Below, one piece after another: positions 56,519 through 64,000 of a stretch of 64,000 nt of DNA. This stretch comes from Nautiliales bacterium (lineage in GTDB: Bacteria; Campylobacterota; Campylobacteria; Campylobacterales; JAADDX01), in contig JAUUDM010000012.1 in assembly GCA_030826765.1 (NCBI GenBank), positions 8,664 to 72,663 of the forward strand, in the 5' to 3' direction. The notes beneath the pieces were generated by a model that saw nothing but the letters and a program-made list of their open reading frames with translations, was not told the origin of the DNA and searched no databases. The number at the start of each line of letters is the position of its first letter. The first letter of the stretch is position 1. Made by a program: the position numbers and the translations under genes.

Positions 56519-58003
56519 TCATTCTTTTTCCCCTAATGCAATTAAACCATTTTTATAAATTACTTTATATCCTTTTATTTTTTTTGCTTTTAATAAGGCT
56601 ATTTCACCTTTTTTAGGCTCTTTTCTTGGTGTTATTTTATTGAAATATATACTAAACGATGGTAAATCTGTTTTTAAATATACTTTTTGAATATTGTGTT
56701 TTTTTGCAAACAGAGCTGCTTCTTTTACTGGTAAAGCTCTTGCGTGAGAATATATCCAACCTACATAATTTAAAATAAAAATTGTACTAAATCCTAAAAT
56801 CAAGACTTTAGTATCTTTATTTGTTTTAAGTAAAGTTAAAATTAAAACAAATCCCATTGAAATAAAATATAAATAATTAAAATAGGGCATCATAGCTTTT
56901 GTAGCTATTGCTACTTCTATTTTATGAATATTAGGTAAAATAAATGGAATAGCAATTAATAAAACTACAAATATAGCCAAAGGTAAACTTAAATAAAATG
57001 TTTTAACTTTATCATAAATTAAAGCCATAAAAATAAACATAGGAGTATATCCGTAAATTATATAATGAGGAAGTTTTGTTCCTGATAATGAAAAAAATAT
57101 CAATACAAATAAAAACCAAATAGAACCAAATAAAAAGAAGTCATCTTTTTTAGCAATAAATTCTCTAAATTTAATGAAATATCCTATCATTAAAGTAGTC
57201 CAAGGTAAAAATCCAGTCAAAAGTACAGGAATATAATAAAAATAGTTTCCTTTATGATGTTCCATTGGTGAGCTAAATCTTTCTAAATTGTGCTTTAAAA
57301 TAAATCCATTGATAAATTTATCACCTTGTTGTATATACTCAGCAATATACCAAGGAAGTGCAATTATCAAAAATATAGCAATACCTTTTGGATTGAAAAT
57401 TGATTTAAAAAATAGTTTTAAATCTTTTTTGATAAGCATATAAATAAATGTTACAACTAAAGGAATCATTATTGCAACAGGTCCTTTTGTAAGAGTTCCA
57501 AATCCTATAAAAGCAAATGCAAAAAGTAGATATTTTTCTTTTTTTTCTTTGAGATAAAGATAAATACTAAACATTGAAAAAGCAATCCACATATTTAGCA
57601 TACTATCAGCAATAGCAGCTTTTGCAATAAGTCCTATTTGAAGAGTAGTTACCATAAAAAAACTACTTAAAAATGCAACTTTTTCATTATATACTTTTTT
57701 AACAAAGTAATAAATTCCACCTACCCAAAATGTAGCAGCAATAGCACTTGGAAGTCTAAATGCAAACTCATTTATTCCAAATATTTTTATACTTAAGAGT
57801 TGAAACCAATAAATAAAAATAGGCTTGTCAAATCGTAAATTTCCTTCTAAAAAAGTGGTAATATAGTTGTGATTATGTAGCATTTCTCTTGTAGCTTCAC
57901 TAAACGCTCCTTCATCTAAATTAAATAAAGGTGTAATTCCAAGTAGAATAAAAAAGTTTAATAAGACAGCTAACAAAAGATAGTTTTTGTTTATTTTATC
58001 CAT
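56519..58003 (-). CDS. ArnT/PMT_2-family (GT39/GT83-like) polyprenyl-phosphate-sugar-dependent glycosyltransferase
   Basis: 494 aa and polytopic. It has the N-terminal loop motif FNLDEGAFSEATREM...RFDKPIFIYWFQ, characteristic of ArnT/PMT enzymes. Confidence 0.75.
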   Translation of the reverse strand: MDKINKNYLLLAVLLNFFILLGITPLFNLDEGAFSEATREMLHNHNYITTFLEGNLRFDKPIFIYWFQLLSIKIFGINEFAFRLPSAIAATFWVGGIYYFVKKVYNEKVAFLSSFFMVTTLQIGLIAKAAIADSMLNMWIAFSMFSIYLYLKEKKEKYLLFAFAFIGFGTLTKGPVAIMIPLVVTFIYMLIKKDLKLFFKSIFNPKGIAIFLIIALPWYIAEYIQQGDKFINGFILKHNLERFSSPMEHHKGNYFYYIPVLLTGFLPWTTLMIGYFIKFREFIAKKDDFFLFGSIWFLFVLIFFSLSGTKLPHYIIYGYTPMFIFMALIYDKVKTFYLSLPLAIFVVLLIAIPFILPNIHKIEVAIATKAMMPYFNYLYFISMGFVLILTLLKTNKDTKVLILGFSTIFILNYVGWIYSHARALPVKEAALFAKKHNIQKVYLKTDLPSFSIYFNKITPRKEPKKGEIALLKAKKIKGYKVIYKNGLIALGEKE

Positions 58004-58037
58004 ACAATTCCTTTTTTGAGTGGTATTGTAGCATAAA

Positions 58038-59093
58038 TTATTTATCTATTTTACGAGCATATTTTATGAAAAGTCTTTTTGTATCTAAAAATTCAGGAAT
58101 AGAAGTTTTATTTAATAAAAATTTTGATAAAAATTTAGCAGAATAGATATAATTACTAAAACCTCTTCCACCACCACCATTGATGATGTAAAGATTATCA
58201 ATATAAATTACTTCTTTTGGAATTCTACCTTTTTTTATTTCAGGGTATTTTTTAAGAGTTTTATCCGTATCAATAACTGGACCAATAATAGGAAAATAAT
58301 CAATACTACCAGCTCTCATTCCAGCTTTCATAGAATGAATTGAGTATTCTGGAATTTTAACAATTTCTTGGGCTTTATTTATTAAAATATCAGCATTTTC
58401 TTTGTCTGGTTCTTTTTCATTCCATCTTCTCTCGTGAGTAGCACCAATTTTTACTATTCCATCTAAATTTGTAGAAACTGAACAGTTTTTGTGATAATGG
58501 TGTTTTGTTGATAATGATGTTTTAATTTCTATTCTTTCACCCCAAACTGGACGAATTTTAATATAAGGAATATCAATAACATTTTCCCAACCAGTGGCTA
58601 AAATTAGATTTTTTGTTTTTATAGAATTATTTAGTATAAAATTTTCTTCTTTTTTTATAGAAGTTATTTCAATTTGTTTAAATTCTACATTTTCAGTTAG
58701 CTTTTCACAAGTTTTTTGAGAGTCTAAAACTCCACCATCTTTAAAAAAGAATCCACTTTCTTTTTCTTCATAAGGTAAAGTAAAAGTTTTTTTATATTCT
58801 TGAAATTTTGAAATGTCTTTTTTATCTCTTGGTAGGATTAAAACACCAGATTTATTTGTTTTGATTTCTAATTTTTCATAAAACTTAAAAGCATAAAGCA
58901 AAGCATCATTTACAAATTTAGTATATTTTGTATTAAATCCAACTTTAGGAAAAAGAAAAGCACCAGCAGCATTGCTGGCTTTTTGACAAATTCCAGTTTT
59001 ATCTACAATTAATATTTTTTTCTCTTGTAAAAAATGGGCTATGCTACATCCTGCAGCCCCAGCTCCAATAATTACATAATCATAAAGCTCCAT
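58038..59093 (-). CDS. FAD-dependent oxidoreductase (DAO family)
   Basis: 351 aa with the N-terminal YDYVIIGAGAAGCSIA dinucleotide fold. It overlaps the upstream gene by 14 nt. Confidence 0.6.
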   Translation of the reverse strand: MELYDYVIIGAGAAGCSIAHFLQEKKILIVDKTGICQKASNAAGAFLFPKVGFNTKYTKFVNDALLYAFKFYEKLEIKTNKSGVLILPRDKKDISKFQEYKKTFTLPYEEKESGFFFKDGGVLDSQKTCEKLTENVEFKQIEITSIKKEENFILNNSIKTKNLILATGWENVIDIPYIKIRPVWGERIEIKTSLSTKHHYHKNCSVSTNLDGIVKIGATHERRWNEKEPDKENADILINKAQEIVKIPEYSIHSMKAGMRAGSIDYFPIIGPVIDTDKTLKKYPEIKKGRIPKEVIYIDNLYIINGGGGRGFSNYIYSAKFLSKFLLNKTSIPEFLDTKRLFIKYARKIDK

Positions 59094-60333
59094 TTTTTAA
59101 TGCTTTTGAATAAATTAAGTATCTTTTAGTAACTCTTTTTAGATAATTTTTTGGTTCATCATATTTTAAGTTAGCTAAAAGATAATTATATACTTGATGA
59201 GGTGTCATAGAATTAATTTTAGTAGTAGCTTTATTGATATTATAATCACCTCTACTTCTTCTGCATACTGTTACACCTTTTGAATCTTTTTCTGGTGAAT
59301 TAAAAGCACAAGCAACATTTCCTGCCCCCGTATTATATGCAGCAACAGAACAATAAAATCTACTCACAGGATTTTTAATTTTTCTCATATACCCATAATA
59401 AATTCTATTTAAATAAGCACTTCCTATTAAAATATTGTTATGTGAATTGTATAAATATCCTGGAGTTAAGATTTTTTTATTACCATATAACATTTTATAA
59501 GCATCAGCACCTGCAGTTGTAGGAACTATTTGCATAAGTCCAAAAGCTGGGACATAACTTCTTGCCATTGGATTGAAACTACTTTCTGTATGAATTATAG
59601 AATATATAAAAGGTGCTTGAATATTAAATTGATTGGCTCTTTTTAATACATCTGGTTTGAATTTTCTAGCTTTTGCTAAAAAAGCATCTGAAGGTAATTT
59701 AATTTTAATAGTATAAACAAAATTATTTTTAACTTTTGATCTTTTTTTTGTAATTTTATTTTTTTTAACTTCATTTGTAGCAAAATTTATAGCTTTTTTA
59801 ATAGTTGGAGGTTTTTTGAAAATCATATCACCAACAATTGGTTCGTTTGAAGGTTTAGCTTTTACTATAACATTTTGTAATTTTGGATTAGTTGAAAGTT
59901 TTTCATCTACTTTTTTTAAAACTGGATTATTATAAACAGCTTTTTTTGTAGTTTCCGTTGACAAATTATATAAAGATTTAGCCATTTTTTCTTTAGCTTC
60001 TTTTTCATTTTTACTAATTACATCAATTTCTATATAATTATTGTCATAATCAACTTTTTTTCTTATTTTTTTATCTTTTGAATATTCTATAAATATTTTT
60101 TTAGAACTAAGTTCTGGTTTTTCCCAGTATTTAGAAAGTTCTTTTTTATATTGAATAAATCCTTTATTTAAGCTATCTATATATTCTTTATATCCTTTAT
60201 TTAACTCTTTTTTATAATTAGTAAATTCTTGATTTGTTTGATTTTTAAAATTTTGAAAGTCTTTTATTTCATTATTTGGATTTAGAGCAAATAATGAAGT
60301 AGCTATCAATAAATATGATAGAGCTTTTTTCAT
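59080..60333 (-). CDS. Lytic murein transglycosylase (MltC-like, SLT domain)
   Basis: 417 aa with a signal peptide. SLT catalytic-region motifs are IIHTESSFNP, FGLMQIVPTTAG and AAYNTGAGNV. Confidence 0.7.
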   Translation of the reverse strand: MKKALSYLLIATSLFALNPNNEIKDFQNFKNQTNQEFTNYKKELNKGYKEYIDSLNKGFIQYKKELSKYWEKPELSSKKIFIEYSKDKKIRKKVDYDNNYIEIDVISKNEKEAKEKMAKSLYNLSTETTKKAVYNNPVLKKVDEKLSTNPKLQNVIVKAKPSNEPIVGDMIFKKPPTIKKAINFATNEVKKNKITKKRSKVKNNFVYTIKIKLPSDAFLAKARKFKPDVLKRANQFNIQAPFIYSIIHTESSFNPMARSYVPAFGLMQIVPTTAGADAYKMLYGNKKILTPGYLYNSHNNILIGSAYLNRIYYGYMRKIKNPVSRFYCSVAAYNTGAGNVACAFNSPEKDSKGVTVCRRSRGDYNINKATTKINSMTPHQVYNYLLANLKYDEPKNYLKRVTKRYLIYSKALKNGAL

Positions 60334-60776
60334 TTTAATCCTTTATCTGTTTGCATTAAAACATATAAATAGTCATTATTTGGATTTTTACAACTTTTAA
60401 TAATTTTAGAACTAACTTTTTGTCCATCTACTGTTTGAAAAGAAATAGAATTCATATAATGATTTGCACTTTTATTATATAAAGTAGTATTTGTAACAGT
60501 TTTGGAGTTTACCACAGTTTTTAGTTGAGCTGCTATTTCTGAAATTGCTTTAGATATAGCTGATTTTCTTTGAGCTGCTTCACCATTAAAATTAGGTGGG
60601 GCAATTCCAACACCGTAAATTTTACCTTTTTTTACAGGTGTATGTAAAATCCATTCTGGTTCACTTAAACATATTCCATTAGATTCTTCATTTGAATTTG
60701 AGAGATTAGGCGTAGTACAACCTATCATTATCAATGTCGATAATGATAAAATAATACTACTATATTTTAGTTTCAT
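60330..60776 (-). CDS. LPP20-family lipoprotein
   Basis: 148 aa with the lipobox LIMIGC and the LPP20-like core GVGIAPPNFNGEAAQRKSAISKAISEIAAQL. Confidence 0.6.
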   Translation of the reverse strand: MKLKYSSIILSLSTLIMIGCTTPNLSNSNEESNGICLSEPEWILHTPVKKGKIYGVGIAPPNFNGEAAQRKSAISKAISEIAAQLKTVVNSKTVTNTTLYNKSANHYMNSISFQTVDGQKVSSKIIKSCKNPNNDYLYVLMQTDKGLK

Positions 60777-61366
60777 TATTTAGAACCAAATTCTTTTTCT
60801 ACTGCTGCATCTAGTGCTTGGTCAGCTTTTTTAGCTTTAAATTCTTGCCATAATGCTTGGTCATTTTTAAATGTCGTTTTAGCTACTTGTTTTACTTGCT
60901 CAGCTACTGCTTTTGGATCAGGCATTCCAACTAATACAAACAGTGTTCCTTTTGGTGAAACCCAAGTTTTCATAATTTTTGAACCGCTTAAAGTCGCTTG
61001 TGCTATTTGTTTTGAAACATTTTGTGTTGCTTTTTCAGCTGTTTGTGCATCACCTACTCCAGTAGTTGCTTGGAATTGTTTAAACATATTTTTTACTTTT
61101 ACTTTTATTTGTCTTGCTAATGCATCTCTTGCAGCTGCAGCAGCTTCTGTTCTTTGAAAAGAGATTCCCATTGGGTTTTTTTCAGAACTTCCTACTCCAA
61201 AAAGTCCACCTTCCATTGTAGCACCACCATCACATACCCAGCTTGGAGCTGTTGCACCTTCTATTGTACATTGTTGAATTTGTGGAGCTGGTTGATTTTG
61301 ATTACATCCCGCCATAAATCCTGCAATTGATAATGCTAATATTGAACTTGTTATTATTTTTTTCAT
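60776..61366 (-). CDS. LPP20-family lipoprotein
   Basis: 196 aa with the lipobox FMAGC and the core GVGSSEKNPMGISFQRTEAAAAARDALARQIKVKV. Confidence 0.6.
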   Translation of the reverse strand: MKKIITSSILALSIAGFMAGCNQNQPAPQIQQCTIEGATAPSWVCDGGATMEGGLFGVGSSEKNPMGISFQRTEAAAAARDALARQIKVKVKNMFKQFQATTGVGDAQTAEKATQNVSKQIAQATLSGSKIMKTWVSPKGTLFVLVGMPDPKAVAEQVKQVAKTTFKNDQALWQEFKAKKADQALDAAVEKEFGSK

Positions 61367-61454
61367 CTGTTATCCTTTATAATTTTATAATAATAATAAC
61401 ATATAAAGACTTAAATATTACTTAATAAGTTTTGTTATGATTTTTTAGTTTGTA

Positions 61455-61568
61455 GAAGACTCTTCCCAGATACTTGCGGCACATCCATCTAAAAGGTGCT
61501 CTGCTGTATTCCTACCCTGAAGCGTTGTCTTTTAGAGAGATTGCACAAGTCTGAAAAGAGCAGTAAAA
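61455..61568 (-). ncRNA. ffs: Signal recognition particle RNA (4.5S, small bacterial type)
   Basis: The minus strand reads ...CUCUUUUCAGA...GACAACGCUUCAGGGUAGGAAUACAGCAGAGCACC...GUGCCGCAAGUAUCUGGGAAGAG. It has a GGAA tetraloop followed by AGCAG (the domain IV signature), UGUGCCG..GUA.CUGG as in E. coli 4.5S, and an 11-bp closing helix (CUCUUUUCAGA / UCUGGGAAGAG). The ends are approximate. Confidence 0.7.
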
Positions 61569-61607
61569 AAACAGATAATTTTCTTAATGCTCTTTTTGGA
61601 AATTTGA

Positions 61608-61697
61608 TGGCGGAAAGGGCGGGATTTGAACCCGCGGTACCCTTACGAGTACGACGCCTTAGCAGGGCGTTGGTTTAAGCCACTCACCCACCTTTCC
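61608..61697 (-). tRNA. tRNA-Ser (anticodon GCU), CCA encoded
   Basis: The cloverleaf was folded by hand. The acceptor stem is GGAAAGG/CCUUUCC and the anticodon stem ACGCC/GGCGU with loop CUGCUAA. It has a long variable arm (GUAC...GUAC), a T arm GCGGG-UUCAAAU-CCCGC, discriminator G and CCA. Confidence 0.9.
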
Positions 61698-61722
61698 ACT
61701 TGTGTAGTCAAATTGGAGTGGA

Positions 61723-61751
61723 ATTATAATAAGTTTTTATTTTTTTGTCAA
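61723..61751 (-). promoter_or_regulatory. Perfect-consensus sigma70 promoter for tRNA-Ser (and probably ffs)
   Basis: The minus strand has TTGACA (rc 61746-61751), a 17-nt spacer, then TATAAT (rc 61723-61728). The -10 element lies about 25 nt upstream of the mature tRNA 5' end. Confidence 0.7.
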
Positions 61752-61757
61752 GAATTT

Positions 61758-62696
61758 TTAAATCCACTTTTTCTTTTTCAGCCATATAAAAATACCAGTA
61801 GCAACTATTACATTAACAATGCTTACTATAAAATAACCATATTTTGTATGAAGTTCGGGCATATTATCAAAATTCATTCCATAATTACCAACTATAAATG
61901 TAAGTGGTAAAAAGATAATTGAAATAGCAGCAAGCCTTTGCATAGCTTGGTTCATTCTATTGGATAAAATACCCATATGAACATTTAATAGATATCCAGT
62001 TCTATCAAGTAAAGCTTTTGATTCATTTATCAAAAATTTAGCATGTTCTTTTAAATCAGCAAATTCATATTTTAATAATTTTTTTGTTTTTAAGGGTAAA
62101 TCGTGATAAATTTTATTAATTACATCTGTTTCTTGAATAAAAAGTTTTGCAATTCTATTTAATGTTCTTCTTGTGTTATAGATATTTTTTTGAACATTTT
62201 CTTCATCTATTTCACCTGCTAGAATATCATCTTCTAAACTTTCTAAACTTTCATCAATTACATCAACCATCAGCATTGCATTATCCACTAAAATATCTAA
62301 AATTTTATAAATAGCTAAATCAATTCCATCAGTAGTTTTCACTCTTTTTTGAAATTTTTTTGAGATTTCTATTAGGACATCTTTATCATCACTTAAAAAT
62401 ATAAGTTTATTTTCCATTTTCAAAATAGAGATATTTTCTTCATCATAAAGTAAAAATTCATCTTCTTGGAAGAAAATATATTTAACTGTAATTAACTTTA
62501 TATCGCCCCAATCATCATAACCCACACTTTGGTCTTCATTTGAAATATCTTCAAAAAAATGCTCAGGTAGATTTTTGGATTTTAGCCATTCTAAAAGTTG
62601 TTTGTTTTCAGCTGAGGTGAAAATAATTTGTTTTTTATTGTCATCGATTTTAATAATTTCACTTTTATTAAAGTGTCCATTTTCAAAAATAAACAT
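61758..62696 (-). CDS. corA: CorA-family Mg2+/Co2+ transporter
   Basis: 312 aa with the C-terminal TM pair and the YGMNF signature (GNYGMNFDNMPEL). Strong SD AAGGAGGTG. Confidence 0.85.
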   Translation of the reverse strand: MFIFENGHFNKSEIIKIDDNKKQIIFTSAENKQLLEWLKSKNLPEHFFEDISNEDQSVGYDDWGDIKLITVKYIFFQEDEFLLYDEENISILKMENKLIFLSDDKDVLIEISKKFQKRVKTTDGIDLAIYKILDILVDNAMLMVDVIDESLESLEDDILAGEIDEENVQKNIYNTRRTLNRIAKLFIQETDVINKIYHDLPLKTKKLLKYEFADLKEHAKFLINESKALLDRTGYLLNVHMGILSNRMNQAMQRLAAISIIFLPLTFIVGNYGMNFDNMPELHTKYGYFIVSIVNVIVATGIFIWLKKKKWI

Positions 62697-62745
62697 TTTC
62701 CACCTCCTTTTTTGATAAAATTATATCTAAAAAAAAGGGATTATT

Positions 62746-63735
62746 TTGATTTTATCAATAGAAAGTAGTTGTGATGATAGCAGTATTGCTATAACTGATA
62801 TAAAAAGTAAGAAATTATTGTTTCACAAAAAAATTTCACAAGAATTAATTCATTCTGAGTATGGTGGTGTTGTACCTGAGCTGGCAAGTAGATTGCATTT
62901 AGAAGCACTTCCTAAGATTTTAGAAGAAACAAAAGAATTTTTTCCAAAATTAAAAGCAGTGGCTGTAACCTCATCTCCAGGGTTAAGCGTAACCCTAAAT
63001 GAAGGTGTAATGATGGCAAAAGCATTAAGTATTTCTTTAAATATTCCACTTATTGGGGTAAATCATTTAATAGGGCATATTTATTCTGTTTTTATTGATA
63101 AGGAAATAAGTAATGATATTATGATTTTACTTGTTAGTGGAGGGCATACTAAAATTTTAGATATGCAAAATGGATATCAAAACATAACAGAGCTTGCAAC
63201 AACTATTGATGATAGCTTTGGAGAAAGTTTTGATAAAGTTTCTAAAATGCTTGGGCTTGGATATCCAGGAGGACCTATTATTGAGGAGTTAGCTAAAAAT
63301 GGAGAAGCTATTATTGATTTTCCAATACCGCTTAGACAATCTCCTGAAATTAAATTTAGTTATTCTGGGCTTAAAAATGCAGTTCGTTTGGCTATTTTAG
63401 AAAACAAATATTCAAAAGAAGATATAGCAGCATCTTTTCAAAAAGCAGCAATTGAACATTTAACAATGAAACTTAAAAAACTATTTAAAACAAAAACTCC
63501 TAATAATTTTGCAATCGTTGGTGGAGCAAGTGCGAATTTGAAATTAAGAGAAGAGATAGAAAATATGGGCAAAAAATATAGATTTAATGTTATTTATCCA
63601 GAACTTAAATACTGTTCTGATAATGCTGCTATGATAGGAAGAATTGCTGTAGATATGTATGAAAATCAAGATTTTGTAAATTATAATGAATTAAAAGTTC
63701 AACCGAGAGTGGAGTTTAAAAAGGAAAATTTATGA
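62746..63735 (+). CDS. tsaD: tRNA N6-adenosine threonylcarbamoyltransferase TsaD
   Basis: 329 aa with [15 protein letters not shown] and metal-binding GVNHLIGHI..., LLVSGGHT (Kae1/TsaD family). TTG start. Confidence 0.9.
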   Translation: MILSIESSCDDSSIAITDIKSKKLLFHKKISQELIHSEYGGVVPELASRLHLEALPKILEETKEFFPKLKAVAVTSSPGLSVTLNEGVMMAKALSISLNIPLIGVNHLIGHIYSVFIDKEISNDIMILLVSGGHTKILDMQNGYQNITELATTIDDSFGESFDKVSKMLGLGYPGGPIIEELAKNGEAIIDFPIPLRQSPEIKFSYSGLKNAVRLAILENKYSKEDIAASFQKAAIEHLTMKLKKLFKTKTPNNFAIVGGASANLKLREEIENMGKKYRFNVIYPELKYCSDNAAMIGRIAVDMYENQDFVNYNELKVQPRVEFKKENL

Positions 63736-64000
63736 AAAATTATTTAATTCCAGAATGGGAAGAACAAACTTTTGTTCAATTAGTTTTACCACATAAAAAC
63801 ACTGATTGGAATTGCTGTTTAGAAGAATCTTTAAAAACATTTAAAGAGATAGCTTTTGCTATAGCAAAATATGAAAAAGTAATGATTTGTTATGAAGATG
63901 TTTTGAGTTTAGAAGGGTTTGAGCATCCAAATTTTAAATATAGAAAAATTAAAAATAATGATACGTGGACAAGAGATTTTGGGGCTATTTCAATTAGAAA
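63732..64000 (+). CDS. Agmatine deiminase / porphyromonas-type peptidyl-arginine deiminase family protein, N-terminal part (runs off window)
   Basis: [21 protein letters not shown]...[15 protein letters not shown] has the family motifs PEWE and D.W.RD.G. Its ATG overlaps the tsaD stop (ATGA). Confidence 0.7.
   Translation, partial: MKNYLIPEWEEQTFVQLVLPHKNTDWNCCLEESLKTFKEIAFAIAKYEKVMICYEDVLSLEGFEHPNFKYRKIKNNDTWTRDFGAISIR

Noticed and set aside
61367-61757. tRNA-Ser as an integration hotspot for a genomic island or prophage
   Set aside because: There is no integrase, no duplicated tRNA 3' fragment and no phage-like genes on either side. The neighbours are ffs, lipoprotein genes and corA.
61496-61910. 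Two plus-strand ORFs (61496-61678 and 61626-61910) from the ORF track
   Set aside because: They lie antisense over the SRP RNA, tRNA-Ser, its promoter and the corA 3' end. The RNA genes and corA explain the region fully.

Overview
Strongly AT-rich bacterial chromosome segment. Gene content and order point to Campylobacterota, probably Arcobacter/Aliarcobacter-like; this assignment is an inference. It spans the replication-origin neighbourhood (ruvC | dnaA-dnaN-gyrB), where two clusters of TTCAC-core DnaA boxes flank dnaA. Other content: a flagellar hook operon (fliK-flgD-flgE2, then flgE) with two recognisable sigma54 -24/-12 promoters; the complete S10-spc ribosomal protein cluster (rpsJ to infA) behind a consensus sigma70 promoter; one tRNA-Ser(GCU) followed by the 4.5S/SRP RNA; and many housekeeping genes (queF, queE, nrdB, pyrC, rlmN, rnj, rsmA, hisF, galE, tsaD, corA, nnr). 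I found no rRNA, CRISPR array, IS element, integrase or prophage. Accessory or unusual content: (1) a two-gene R-M-like cassette (HTH-fused gamma N6-adenine methyltransferase plus an unassigned PD-(D/E)xK protein) bracketed by an 18/20 direct repeat; (2) a 442-aa, apparently tandem-repeat ThyX-family protein preceded by a duplicated SD+mini-ORF module; (3) a 2-TM RCK K+ channel coupled to a stand-alone cyclic-nucleotide-binding protein; (4) an ArnT/ArnC-like envelope glycosylation module with a membrane-anchored CX5R phosphatase; (5) an orphan OPX/PCP polysaccharide export pair; (6) an orphan AmmeMemoRadiSam radical-SAM gene coupled to an MgtC/DUF4010 membrane protein whose SD sits in a 9-bp hairpin; (7) rsmA, whose conserved N-terminus lies upstream of any canonical start codon. 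None of these is demonstrably a novel multi-gene system from sequence alone. The R-M cassette and the thyX-upstream mini-ORF module are the best candidates for follow-up. Several ORF-track starts were moved to internal starts supported by SD spacing, promoters and family N-termini.
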